Shown in pieces: positions 9,257 to 18,938 of a DNA stretch of 64,000 nucleotides. Both the position numbers and the translations under genes were made by a program. Under the pieces are notes generated by a model, which was given only the letters and a program-made list of their open reading frames with translations, was not told where the DNA came from and did no database searches. The stretch comes from Promethearchaeota archaeon (GTDB lineage: Archaea; Asgardarchaeota; Heimdallarchaeia; Hodarchaeales; Hodarchaeaceae). Where the stretch lies: NCBI GenBank assembly GCA_048938105.1, contig JBHLMN010000020.1:1-64000 (forward strand), written 5' to 3'. The stretch's first letter is position 1; each line of letters begins with the position of its first letter.

Positions 9257-10573
9257 CTAAGTACATGATTTTGCTTCTCCTGACCTTTGGATGGCCCATC
9301 TTATTGCAAGAGGGCCAAAAATTTGGAACACAATAGTTGTTGCTGTGATTGTATTAAGAATCATCAACCCCATCTCGGGAACTCCGAATGATGCTAGCTT
9401 ATCGGAAATAAGGACAGCTAATCCAAGCGCAACACCTGCTTGTGAGTAAAGACATGGCCCTAAGTATTTTCTAACACTAGGTTCAGCTTTAACCACGCTG
9501 GAACCGATAAAAGCCCCAATTGATTTTGCCAGAGTTCTACCAATTAGAAATAATATACCAAGAAAACCAATTTGTGTTATAGAAGAAATCTCAAGGTTTA
9601 AGCCAATTAAAACGAAAAATAAAGCAATTAATGGAGAAGCTAATCGGTAGACTTCATGAAAAATCTGATGGGGTTCATCTTCACCGACTTTTAGGAGCTC
9701 CTCATCAATAAAGTCTAAAATCCCCTCATTTGAGGATCCAAAAATTTCCGAGATCAACGCTTTCTTCTGTGGGTCAATTTCAGGTTTCTTACAAAGACTT
9801 GCTATTGTGATTCCAAAAACCATTGTGGGGAGAATGTATGATATACCCAAGAAACCAGAGATTCCAATACATACAAGTACTGCTCCAAGAATGAGATTAA
9901 CGTATTTACCATGTTCTTCTTCGCGATTCAACACAAATGAGAATACCATCCCTGCTATTAATCCAAGAATAACTGATAATCCAATGTCAATAATCATAGG
10001 AATAAATAAGTTGAATAGGTCTAGTTTTCCCCCCTCTAAATGTATCGCTGCATATTCAATAGCAAAATCCGTTAGAATAATTGCCAAAATATCATCTAGA
10101 GCGAGAATTATCATCGTAGTTGCAGTCAATGGCCCTTTACACTCATATTCCCAAAAAATTGTAGCAGTTCCTGCAGGTGCCGTTGCAGAAGACAAAGCTC
10201 CAAATAGAAGAGCAAGATACATTTCCTGAGTAATCAACAGGACAAGAAAAGAGACGAAAAAGAAAGTGATAAAAGCTTCGAAGAAAAGGATAATGATAAC
10301 TTTAGAGGACATTGTTTTAATAGTTTTCCAATCAATTTCTGATCCGAGATTAAAACCAATAAAACCTAAGGCTACAGCAACTACAATATTTGTAATAGTT
10401 GCGTAATGATCTTGAAATAATCCAAAAGGTCTAAAAACAAGCCCAGCGATAATACCCACAAGAATAAATCCTAATATTTCAGGAAATTTGAGTTTCTTCA
10501 GTCCATCGGATCCTAAAATCCCGAAAGTGAGAATTAAACCAATTTCTAAAACCAGGGTTATTTCTGGTTCCAT
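9257..10573 (-). CDS. Cation:proton antiporter (CPA2/NapA-KefB-like Na+ or K+/H+ exchanger)
   Basis: About 12 TMs, SATAPA, ALDD catalytic motif, QAGVALGL. Confidence 0.9.
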   Translation of the reverse strand: MEPEITLVLEIGLILTFGILGSDGLKKLKFPEILGFILVGIIAGLVFRPFGLFQDHYATITNIVVAVALGFIGFNLGSEIDWKTIKTMSSKVIIILFFEAFITFFFVSFLVLLITQEMYLALLFGALSSATAPAGTATIFWEYECKGPLTATTMIILALDDILAIILTDFAIEYAAIHLEGGKLDLFNLFIPMIIDIGLSVILGLIAGMVFSFVLNREEEHGKYVNLILGAVLVCIGISGFLGISYILPTMVFGITIASLCKKPEIDPQKKALISEIFGSSNEGILDFIDEELLKVGEDEPHQIFHEVYRLASPLIALFFVLIGLNLEISSITQIGFLGILFLIGRTLAKSIGAFIGSSVVKAEPSVRKYLGPCLYSQAGVALGLAVLISDKLASFGVPEMGLMILNTITATTIVFQIFGPLAIRWAIQRSGEAKSCT

Positions 10574-10894
10574 TTTAAATCACTAAAAAGATTTTTTTCT
10601 GTAATCTTTATGATTCGACGGCATATGAATTTGCTTTACTTGTATATTGTCAAATTTACTTACAATTGTTAAGGATTCATCATGGAGCTTACGCTTCATT
10701 CCATCGTTTTCATTATTTATTGTAATATTGTAATACTTCATACAGTTATTATGCTAAGATGGATAATCATTGTGAATCGAAACTGATGATATGATTGTAC
10801 GATCATAAAGTAAATATATTTACATGATTCCTTCATTCCAGCTTTAGGTTATATTAATCATTTCCAGAAAGAAGGTTTTGTATAAATACAGTGA

Positions 10895-11776
10895 GTGGCT
10901 TTAAGTATGGAATACGAATATTTAAACCTTAATAATACGACGAGAAAATCACTTCCAGGAGAATTTATACAATTATCTAATGGATATGCACATTATGAAC
11001 TCCAAGGACCAGTAGAGGGTGATGTTGTTGTATTGGTCCATGGATTCTCAAGTCCATTATTCGTATGGGATCTAACCTTTGAAATACTCATTGCAGAGGG
11101 TTTTAGAGTGTTAAGGTATGATTTATATGGTCGTGGTTATTCTGATCGTCCCAAAACAACCTATAATATGGATTTCTTTATCAAACAGCTTTTTGAAATT
11201 ATCAGCAATCTTGAACTAGCACGTAATAAAATCAATCTTGTCGGACTCTCCATGGGAGGCGGAATTTGTGTTGTTTTTGCTGATAGATATCCAGATATGG
11301 TTAAAAAAGTATCATTGATTGACCCTATAGGTTTTTCAATGGGAAGAAATGTCCTATTAGCGATTTTAAAGGTACCTATCATAAATAGTTTAATCTTGAA
11401 ACTATATTTGTCACATAAAAGAATACTTGAAACTCAGAAGGAAGATTTTTACCAATACAAAGAAATTAATGTATATCTGAGTAAATATGAAGAACAAATG
11501 AAATATAGGGGTTTTCTTCAAGCAGTTCGATCTACAGCTTTAAATACACCATTTACAAACTTAAAGGGAATTTATGAAAGGCTAGGGAAGCGTAATTTAC
11601 CGATGCAATTATTCTGGGGAGAATACGATCAAACTATCCCTTATCCAACAAGTCAAAAGGTTCGAGCAGCTATTCCATCCATTGAATTCCATAAAATCAA
11701 AGATGCTGGACATATGCCTCATTATACACACCCAAATGAAGTTAATCCTCTTCTAGTAAGATTTCTACAAAGTTAA
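10895..11776 (+). CDS. Alpha/beta fold hydrolase
   Basis: VHGF, DLYGRGYSD, GLSMGG nucleophile, WG..D, AGH. Confidence 0.92.
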   Translation: MALSMEYEYLNLNNTTRKSLPGEFIQLSNGYAHYELQGPVEGDVVVLVHGFSSPLFVWDLTFEILIAEGFRVLRYDLYGRGYSDRPKTTYNMDFFIKQLFEIISNLELARNKINLVGLSMGGGICVVFADRYPDMVKKVSLIDPIGFSMGRNVLLAILKVPIINSLILKLYLSHKRILETQKEDFYQYKEINVYLSKYEEQMKYRGFLQAVRSTALNTPFTNLKGIYERLGKRNLPMQLFWGEYDQTIPYPTSQKVRAAIPSIEFHKIKDAGHMPHYTHPNEVNPLLVRFLQS

Positions 11777-11798
11777 ATATACAAGGAACCGAAAGGCA

Positions 11799-13073
11799 AT
11801 GATCGGGAATGGTAGAGATCTTAAACTTGATTATGAAGACCAACAAAAGTTAATCCTGATAGCTTTAAACCAGGAACCTCATACTAAACAAGAGATTAGC
11901 CATGAGATTTGGTATGGCTATTTTTATAGAAGAAACTGATAATATAGAAGAATTTTCTAAGATAGAAGGAGCTCTAGCTTATCTTGAGGAAGAAAAAAAG
12001 ATTCTTGTTGATAACACCTCTGGTGTTTATTCTTTATCCGAAAAAGGGGAAGTGGAAGCACAAAAATATGCAAAAGGACTTTATTCTTTTTTACTTTTCT
12101 AAAATATTTAGCACATCCTAATATATCTCCAATATTGTCATTGATTATCCATTTATTCTTAGGATCCATTAAATTAATCGGATTTTTCTTAATTGGTAGT
12201 GTTAGTTTATTGGGTGATGGATTGGATTCGGTAATGGATGGTGTTTCGTCTATCATTGTTGGATTGGCAATGAAAATAAGAAAAGAGAAGCAATCTACCT
12301 ATCTTTTACTTTTGTTAGTGTTCATAACAGGACTTGGTATTTTCCTACAAAGTATTGAGCGAATACTTATTCCAGAAGCACTCAAAGAGGGTGAATTAGC
12401 TATAACTATCGCTATAACCTCAATAGTTCTCTGTGGATTATTATATTTCTACCAACGTTTTTCAGGGTATAATAATAGAAATTTAGCGATACTTGCTCAG
12501 TCAGAAGATAGTAAAAACCATGTTCTAAATGCTTTTCTAGTTTTAATTGCCATTATCGCTGGTCTTTTTGGCATTTTCATACTTGATGGTATAGTAGGAT
12601 GTTTCATCGGATTCATTATTCTACAAGGGGCGTATAAAATCTATTCAGACTTAAAAGCTCAATCACAAGGGGAAGAAATCGATTATGAGAAATACAAACT
12701 TGGAATATGGAAACGATATGACAAACTTCAAGTCAAAATTTTAGATCTATGGATTTTATATAAAATCAAAAAGGATGTTAATACCTTAGAGAAATTAGAA
12801 AATGATTTTAATGATTTTTTTCAACCAATTATAGTTGCAGATAAAATGAACGAACAGCATATTTGGAAATCTCCTCAGCAAAAATCGCATCTTCTGAAAC
12901 GAATTCACAGCTTAAAGATATTTGGCTTATTGAAAGAAGAGAATGATGTTTTATTATTAACTGAAAAAGGAACTTTGAAACTTCAAAAGGAAATTCAGAA
13001 GGTTAGCAAAGAGACCAAGAAAAGAGGAAGGACTAAACGACACGAAAAGAAGATCAAGAAATTATCAACATAG
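11799..13073 (+). pseudogene. Cation diffusion facilitator (CDF) transporter with N- and C-terminal winged-helix domains, split by two frameshifts (near 11895 and 12090)
   Basis: ATG 11799 frame gives ...KLILIALNQEPHTKQE. The +1 frame continues LAMRFG...IEGALAYLEEE...VYSLSEKG (wHTH). A -1 shift at the T-run 12087-12092 enters the CDF frame (SVSLLGDGLDS.MD; SEDSKNH). The C-terminus ...LK.FGLLKEENDVLLLTEKG is a second wHTH. Confidence 0.68.
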
Positions 13074-13074
13074 T

Positions 13075-13752
13075 CTATAATTTCCCCATTGGTGTTTCAT
13101 CCCAAGCCTCACGGAAGATTTTCAACCCCTTCTCGGTGATTGGATGATTAAAGCTAGTTTTATAGACGTTAAATCCAGCAGTTATAATATCAATACCCGC
13201 TAGTGCTGCATCGGTTATTTGTCTTCCATTCCTTATTGCAGCAGCAATAATTTCTGTGTTAAAATTATAATTGTCGAATATTTTCCCTATGTCAAAAAGA
13301 AGTTTTGTAGTATCAACATCCCTAGCTTCTTGCCAACCAATGAACGGTGAACAATATGTTGCACCAATTCGTCCAGCTTGAATGGCTTGGGTGACACTAA
13401 ATACAAGAGTCACATTAACTCGGATATCATCCATGGTCAACTTTTTTGCAGCAATTAAACCTTGTTCATTGCAAGGGACTTTAATAACAAAGTTCTTGGA
13501 TAGAATAGAATATTTCCTTGCTTCTGAAATCATTTCATTGGCTTTTGTTAAATGAGGGTTAATTTCAATCGAAATTGGGAAATTTTTGCCTTTAAATTCC
13601 TCAGCTAATTCCTTAATGACTGCCATAAAAGATTTATCAGTATTTTTAATGTGTTTTGGGTTGATTGTTACTCCTTCGATCCCCCAGTTAATGTATGCAT
13701 ACCTAATTTCATCTATCTTTGCACTATCTAAGAAATATTTCATTTTATACAC
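13075..13752 (-). CDS. tal: Transaldolase of the small TalC/FSA subfamily; sulfofructose-transaldolase-like
   Basis: YFLDSA, GVT.NP, Schiff-base Lys in VIKVP, NVTLVFS, acid/base Glu (SIEIN) and Phe (SPF) typical of transaldolase. It has SPFIGW in place of SPFVGR. Confidence 0.9.
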   Translation of the reverse strand: MYKMKYFLDSAKIDEIRYAYINWGIEGVTINPKHIKNTDKSFMAVIKELAEEFKGKNFPISIEINPHLTKANEMISEARKYSILSKNFVIKVPCNEQGLIAAKKLTMDDIRVNVTLVFSVTQAIQAGRIGATYCSPFIGWQEARDVDTTKLLFDIGKIFDNYNFNTEIIAAAIRNGRQITDAALAGIDIITAGFNVYKTSFNHPITEKGLKIFREAWDETPMGKL

Positions 13753-13764
13753 CCATATAATTTT

Positions 13765-14517
13765 CTAGAATTTACCATGACGTCCTTCCCCGTTAATGAA
13801 TCGTTTAATTCCTCCATTTGCTTCTTTAAGTGAAACCAGACCATGATCAAATTCATTCATCAAGGCATTCTCCAATTTGAGGTCAAATTGTTCATAAGTA
13901 GATAATCTGTCTTCTCTAAGACATGTCTGGGGGAATTCTGAAATTTTCTGCGCTAGTTTTTCAGCTTCAGCTCTTGATTTACCTTCCTCAACAATATGAT
14001 TAGCTAGACCTATAGCCAATGCTTCATCAGCATACACAGGCCGTCCTGTGAGTATCATATCAAGGGCCCTACTTAATCCAATAAGTCTTGGTAATCGCAC
14101 CGTACCCCCATCTATCAGAGGTATACCCCATCTACGATTAAAGACACCAAAAACAGCATTTGTTTCGATCACTCGGAAATCACACCAAAGCGCAAGTTCA
14201 AGGCCACCAGCAACTGCAAAACCAGATATGGCAGCAATCACAGGTTTTGACAGCAACATTCTGGATGGTCCCATGGGTCCATTTCCAGTTCTTTCTATCA
14301 AGTTACCGAAACCCGCTTGAATTGCCTTTAGATTAGCGCCAGAACAAAAACATCCGTGATCACCCCAAAGTACTGCTACACATGCTTCCGAATTTTCAAA
14401 TTCTTTGAAAGCTTTTACTAAAGCTTCTGCTGTAGGGCCATCTACAGCGTTTCTGACGTTGGGATTATCAATAATAATGGTCCATACTAAGTCCTTCTGT
14501 TCAACTCTTATTCCCAT
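13765..14517 (-). CDS. Enoyl-CoA hydratase/crotonase family protein
   Basis: RNAVD, FCSGANL, KPVIAAISG.AVAGGLELAL.CD, DGGTVRLPRLIG. Confidence 0.93.
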   Translation of the reverse strand: MGIRVEQKDLVWTIIIDNPNVRNAVDGPTAEALVKAFKEFENSEACVAVLWGDHGCFCSGANLKAIQAGFGNLIERTGNGPMGPSRMLLSKPVIAAISGFAVAGGLELALWCDFRVIETNAVFGVFNRRWGIPLIDGGTVRLPRLIGLSRALDMILTGRPVYADEALAIGLANHIVEEGKSRAEAEKLAQKISEFPQTCLREDRLSTYEQFDLKLENALMNEFDHGLVSLKEANGGIKRFINGEGRHGKF

Positions 14518-14535
14518 TTCTAATCACTCCAAAAT

Positions 14536-15507
14536 TCATTGTGTAATTTCTCTCATATTCGATAAGAATACATCATTTTCCTTTTCCGTTCCCACAGCTA
14601 CTCTAATAAATCCTGGGAGCCATTTATCAGTAAGGTCAAGAACTAAGATTTCTTTTTTATCAAGCTTTGCTCCTATACTTGGGATATCGGTCTTGATGAG
14701 TAAAAAATTCGTTGTACTGGGATAAACTTGAAATCCCATCTTTTTTAAATCATCTCTCACACGTTCTCTCTCTTTAATAGTAAGTTCAATATTTTTCTTG
14801 ATATATTCTGGGTTTTTTATTGCTTCTATTGCTGCTAATAAACTGACTTGAGGTAACATTATCGAAAGTGAGGAAAATACCTCTAAAAACGTATCTCCTC
14901 CAATGATATATCCAATACGTGTTCCTGCTAAACCAAAAGCTTTGGAGATTGTTCTAGCTATAGCAAGATTTGGATATTCTTCCACCATATCAGCGAAAGT
15001 AAAATTAGTAAATTCATAGTACGCTTCATCGATTACCAGTAAAGCATTTGTATTTTCAAGAATGGTTTCAACAATCTTTTTATCCAGTAATATCTTCCCT
15101 GTTGGATTGTTGGGATTATCGATGATGATTAAAGATGGTTCTTTCAACTCATTATTAAGTAAATCAACATTCAAGGAGAAATTTGGTGGTTTGAGAGGAA
15201 TTTTTGTCAGCTTATATGCAAATTGTTTAGCTGCGTAATAAGTTGGTAAAAAGGTTGGATAAACCATAACAACCTTCCTCTCCTTTGAAAATATGTGGAT
15301 AATTTCTCTTAATATAAGGTCTGAACCTGGATATGCGATAATATATTTTTTAGGGACTCCTGAGTATTTAGCAAGAAATTTCTTTATTAGATCCCGATGT
15401 TCTGGTGAGGCATATCGATTCAATTGTGATAATCCCTTTTCAGCAGCTTGGATGATATTTGGGGGTGGAGGATAAGGTATCTCATTCATATTTAATCTTA
15501 TTTTCAT
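14536..15507 (-). CDS. hisC: Histidinol-phosphate aminotransferase family (PLP, class II)
   Basis: RLNMNE.P, NRY, NPNNPTG, IDEAY.EF, RT.SKAFGLAG.RIGY, IRV.VG. Confidence 0.82.
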   Translation of the reverse strand: MKIRLNMNEIPYPPPPNIIQAAEKGLSQLNRYASPEHRDLIKKFLAKYSGVPKKYIIAYPGSDLILREIIHIFSKERKVVMVYPTFLPTYYAAKQFAYKLTKIPLKPPNFSLNVDLLNNELKEPSLIIIDNPNNPTGKILLDKKIVETILENTNALLVIDEAYYEFTNFTFADMVEEYPNLAIARTISKAFGLAGTRIGYIIGGDTFLEVFSSLSIMLPQVSLLAAIEAIKNPEYIKKNIELTIKERERVRDDLKKMGFQVYPSTTNFLLIKTDIPSIGAKLDKKEILVLDLTDKWLPGFIRVAVGTEKENDVFLSNMREITQ

Positions 15508-15656
15508 CTTCTTTTCAGCTCTATACCAATTTTAGTGCTTAAATGATGGTTTTTTTCTCTTTAGTAGATCTTTGAGAGACTGTTAAAAATCGATAAAGAA
15601 ATACTAATCAATATGTATATAGTATAATTCATACCTTATATTGAAAATCTCGGTTT

Positions 15657-17201
15657 TCATAAGATATCTTCATAGCATTTTTCGTCATAGAAATTGTTTT
15701 CCTCTTTATCATGGTTGGGATACCATACTTGAGCAAAATAAGGATTTTTTTTGGCTATTTCGTCATATCTCCAAGGAGGGGCTAAACATTCCGGGCACCA
15801 ATGACCTGCTTTAATAATAGTATATGGCTTTGCATTGAATTCATGATTAAACGCACATTTCCACTTTAAAGTAGAATACAGATCACCATCCCACTTTGAG
15901 GACAGACATTCTCCTCCTCTGAATTTCGCAGCCTTTTCTAAAGCAGCTAGTTCTAATTGTTCTTTCGATTCATCATAACCATGATCAAGACGAATGAATT
16001 GCATTTTTCGAGGATCAAGTTCAGGCATTTTTACCCCCCAATCAGGTATTGATTCAAATGTCTTATAATCTTTGTAGAATGCCGAAATTCTCTTATCATT
16101 TCTATTATTGTACCAGTAAACGGTACTATTTTTGGATTGAGTAGCTAATCTTTCTAATTGCTTATATGTTGCCTTTTCAACGATTTTTTTTATTAAAGGG
16201 GCTTTTTTACACAGATCAGTGATAATTTTTAGGAAAAAAGGTCTTCTATTTGCAAACATTTCATAAAAATCTTCCATTGAATGCCCCCAATTATGGATGT
16301 ATTTATTGAGAAGGTGACTATCCTCAAAGAATTGCATATGAAAATTGCGAAGAGCAAACCACTTTCTTTCTACAACCTTCTCTAACCTTAAACCATTTAT
16401 TGCAAACATCCGTTTCATAAGATCATAATAAGTCGTTTGACAGCTTGGGCCACCACCCATGTTGTAGACCCTTCGCCAAAAATCGGAGTCATCAGATATT
16501 TCTAAACAATTTATTAATCCTCTCCCTGCATCTTCTTTTGTGTTGTTTTCCATGAAAGAGTCGATCGGTTGATGAAACATGATTGGATCTTCCATATTGT
16601 CTGTAGTCATAATAAAAGTCTGTCTTAATGAAACCCAGTGTTTGATGTTCGACTCTAATACTACCCTTTCACCACGAATCTTAGTAACAGCGTAAAAGTC
16701 AAAAATTGAAGGTTTTAATGGATCTCCCACTCTCCCTTTATGGATTGTTTGAAGTCTGTCCCCAGTTTCGGCTACTGTGCCAATATAAACAAATTTAATA
16801 TGTTCTGCACCATTTGGTTGAGATTCAATTGCTTTCACAAGATGTTCAATTGCGATAGTATTAACAGCTCTAGCCATTTCTGGATTATGATCGGCAGCAG
16901 GAGAGATGAAAGCTAGAGGAGAGAGGCACCAATCGATGTATTTACAAGCTTCTTTAACATCAGGATAATTTGTTGCATCCCCCCACACAATTTTAAGACC
17001 ATTTCCTTCTACAATACCTCGTCCTGGTATTGATTTTATTCCACACAGTTTTTCATATTTATTAAAGAGTTTTTTATTCTTCTTTGATGGTCGTTGTAAT
17101 AAAATAATGTCATATACCTCTCTTTTCTGCCATAAATTCTTGAAAGCTTCAAAACCCATAGAACCAGAAGCACCCAATAATAATACCTTTATCTTTGGCA
17201 A
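15657..17201 (-). CDS. Extended-SDR NAD(P)-dependent epimerase/dehydratase with a C-terminal Zn-ribbon
   Basis: GASGSMG Rossmann motif, YAVTK (YxxxK), C-terminal WKC..NHEF...GHWCPEC. Confidence 0.82.
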   Translation of the reverse strand: MPKIKVLLLGASGSMGFEAFKNLWQKREVYDIILLQRPSKKNKKLFNKYEKLCGIKSIPGRGIVEGNGLKIVWGDATNYPDVKEACKYIDWCLSPLAFISPAADHNPEMARAVNTIAIEHLVKAIESQPNGAEHIKFVYIGTVAETGDRLQTIHKGRVGDPLKPSIFDFYAVTKIRGERVVLESNIKHWVSLRQTFIMTTDNMEDPIMFHQPIDSFMENNTKEDAGRGLINCLEISDDSDFWRRVYNMGGGPSCQTTYYDLMKRMFAINGLRLEKVVERKWFALRNFHMQFFEDSHLLNKYIHNWGHSMEDFYEMFANRRPFFLKIITDLCKKAPLIKKIVEKATYKQLERLATQSKNSTVYWYNNRNDKRISAFYKDYKTFESIPDWGVKMPELDPRKMQFIRLDHGYDESKEQLELAALEKAAKFRGGECLSSKWDGDLYSTLKWKCAFNHEFNAKPYTIIKAGHWCPECLAPPWRYDEIAKKNPYFAQVWYPNHDKEENNFYDEKCYEDIL

Positions 17202-17380
17202 AACTAGTTACTCCGCTATATAAAATGAAGTAAATATTTGCTTTTGAAATTAGTCTTTTAAAACAGAATATACTAATTTTGGAAGAGAGGGAAATCTGAA
17301 AATTAGAAGTCACTAAAAGCTAACGATCGTTAATTGATTTTAATATTCGTTTTTATCAAACAAATTAGAGAATTATTTAT

Positions 17381-18154
17381 CTATACAATTCCTAGGTAGG
17401 CCTCTTTGACATGTTCATTGTTTGATAATTCCTCACTGGTACCCTCTAACTCGATTCTACCGTCTTCTAATAAATACCCACGGTCACATATTTCTAAGGC
17501 GATACTAGCATCTTGTTCAACAAGGAGAATAGTTGTACCTGCTTTTTGAATCTGTCTGATTGCATCAACAATATTAAGTTTAACCATAGGTGCCAGACCT
17601 AAACTAGGTTCATCCAAAAGAAGTAATTTAGGATTACCCATGAGAGAACGTCCTATAGCTATCATTTGTTGTTCTCCACCAGAAAAAACACCAGCCTCTT
17701 CGTCAAGACGCTCTTCAAGAAAGGGAAACAACTTCAAAACCCAATCCATCATGTCTTCAACTTTATCCTTATCACTTATACAGTAAGCTCCAAGCTCTAG
17801 ATTGTCCCTTACGGTTGACTCTGTGAATAGTCTACGTCTCTCAGGACAGTGGATAATACCAAGTTCAACTATTTTATGAGGTTTAAGAGATTTATTTTTA
17901 CCAAGCATACGAAACTGAGATTTAGTTGACTCTGTAATGAGCTTTCCTTCAAAAAGAATCCTTCCATGTTCGAGCTCTGAGAGCCCTGAAATTGCCCGAA
18001 GGAGGGTCGTCTTGCCTGTGCCATTGGGTCCAATAATAGCAACCAATTCCCCCGTCTTTACTGTTAGAGAGATTGAAGCAAGTACAATAGCACGACCATA
18101 ATGTACACTTACTCCTTGAAGTTCAAGCAAATATGTTTGCGATGATTCAGCCAT
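17381..18154 (-). CDS. livF: HAAT/Liv-type ABC transporter ATP-binding protein
   Basis: GPNGTGKT, FSGGEQQM.AIGR, LLLLDEPSLGLAP, LVEQ, V.EAYLG. Confidence 0.93.
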   Translation of the reverse strand: MAESSQTYLLELQGVSVHYGRAIVLASISLTVKTGELVAIIGPNGTGKTTLLRAISGLSELEHGRILFEGKLITESTKSQFRMLGKNKSLKPHKIVELGIIHCPERRRLFTESTVRDNLELGAYCISDKDKVEDMMDWVLKLFPFLEERLDEEAGVFSGGEQQMIAIGRSLMGNPKLLLLDEPSLGLAPMVKLNIVDAIRQIQKAGTTILLVEQDASIALEICDRGYLLEDGRIELEGTSEELSNNEHVKEAYLGIV

Positions 18155-18929
18155 ATTCTTTCGCCTCTGTTCCTAGATAAGCAGCAATCACTTCTTTGTT
18201 ATTTGCAATCTCCTTGGGAGAACCTTCACCAATTAACCGGCCTCGGTGGAGCACTAAGACATTTTCAACTAGTTTCATTAGTATTTTGAGCTTATGTTCA
18301 ACAATCATTATAGTCATTCCATTTTCATGAGCTTCCCTGATCAATCGTTGAATTCGGAAAGATTCTTCGAAACTAAGCCCAGAAAATGGTTCATCTAATA
18401 GAAAAACCCGTGGTTGAGTAGCCATTGATCGAGCAAAGTCTAATCTTTTCAGATCTCCGTGAGGAAGTATGAATGCTGGGTAATTCTTTTTCTCTGCCAA
18501 GTCCACTGTAATTAAAGACCAGATGGCTTTGTTTCTGAGTATGGAGGATTTTGAAAAGAAGTTCTTGGGAATATGAGGTACCATAGCGTTCTCTAAAGCA
18601 TCTAACCTTTTGAATGGGCGCACTAATTGGAATGTTCTAGCAATCCCAAGCTTTGCTATCTTATAAGGGGACCATCCTGTAATATTTTTGCCATTAAACA
18701 TTACTTTTCCACTAGTAGGTTTGATAAATCCTGTTAAAAGGTTGAATAGAGTAGTTTTGCCAGCACCATTAGGACCAATGCAGCCAACAATGTCACCAGA
18801 CTTTATAGAAAAGCTGACTTGATCCACAGCTTTTAGTCCTTCAAAATGTTTACTAAGATTCTGAACTTCAATAATGATTTCTCTTGAGTCAGTGGAAGCC
18901 CTATGGGAAGTATTAGTCGTCATGATCAT
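18147..18929 (-). CDS. livG: HAAT/Liv-type ABC transporter ATP-binding protein
   Basis: GPNGAGKTTLFN, GIARTFQ, LLDEP, VEH, VIAAYLG. Confidence 0.93.
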   Translation of the reverse strand: MIMTTNTSHRASTDSREIIIEVQNLSKHFEGLKAVDQVSFSIKSGDIVGCIGPNGAGKTTLFNLLTGFIKPTSGKVMFNGKNITGWSPYKIAKLGIARTFQLVRPFKRLDALENAMVPHIPKNFFSKSSILRNKAIWSLITVDLAEKKNYPAFILPHGDLKRLDFARSMATQPRVFLLDEPFSGLSFEESFRIQRLIREAHENGMTIMIVEHKLKILMKLVENVLVLHRGRLIGEGSPKEIANNKEVIAAYLGTEAKEYG

Positions 18930-18938
18930 TCACTTCAT

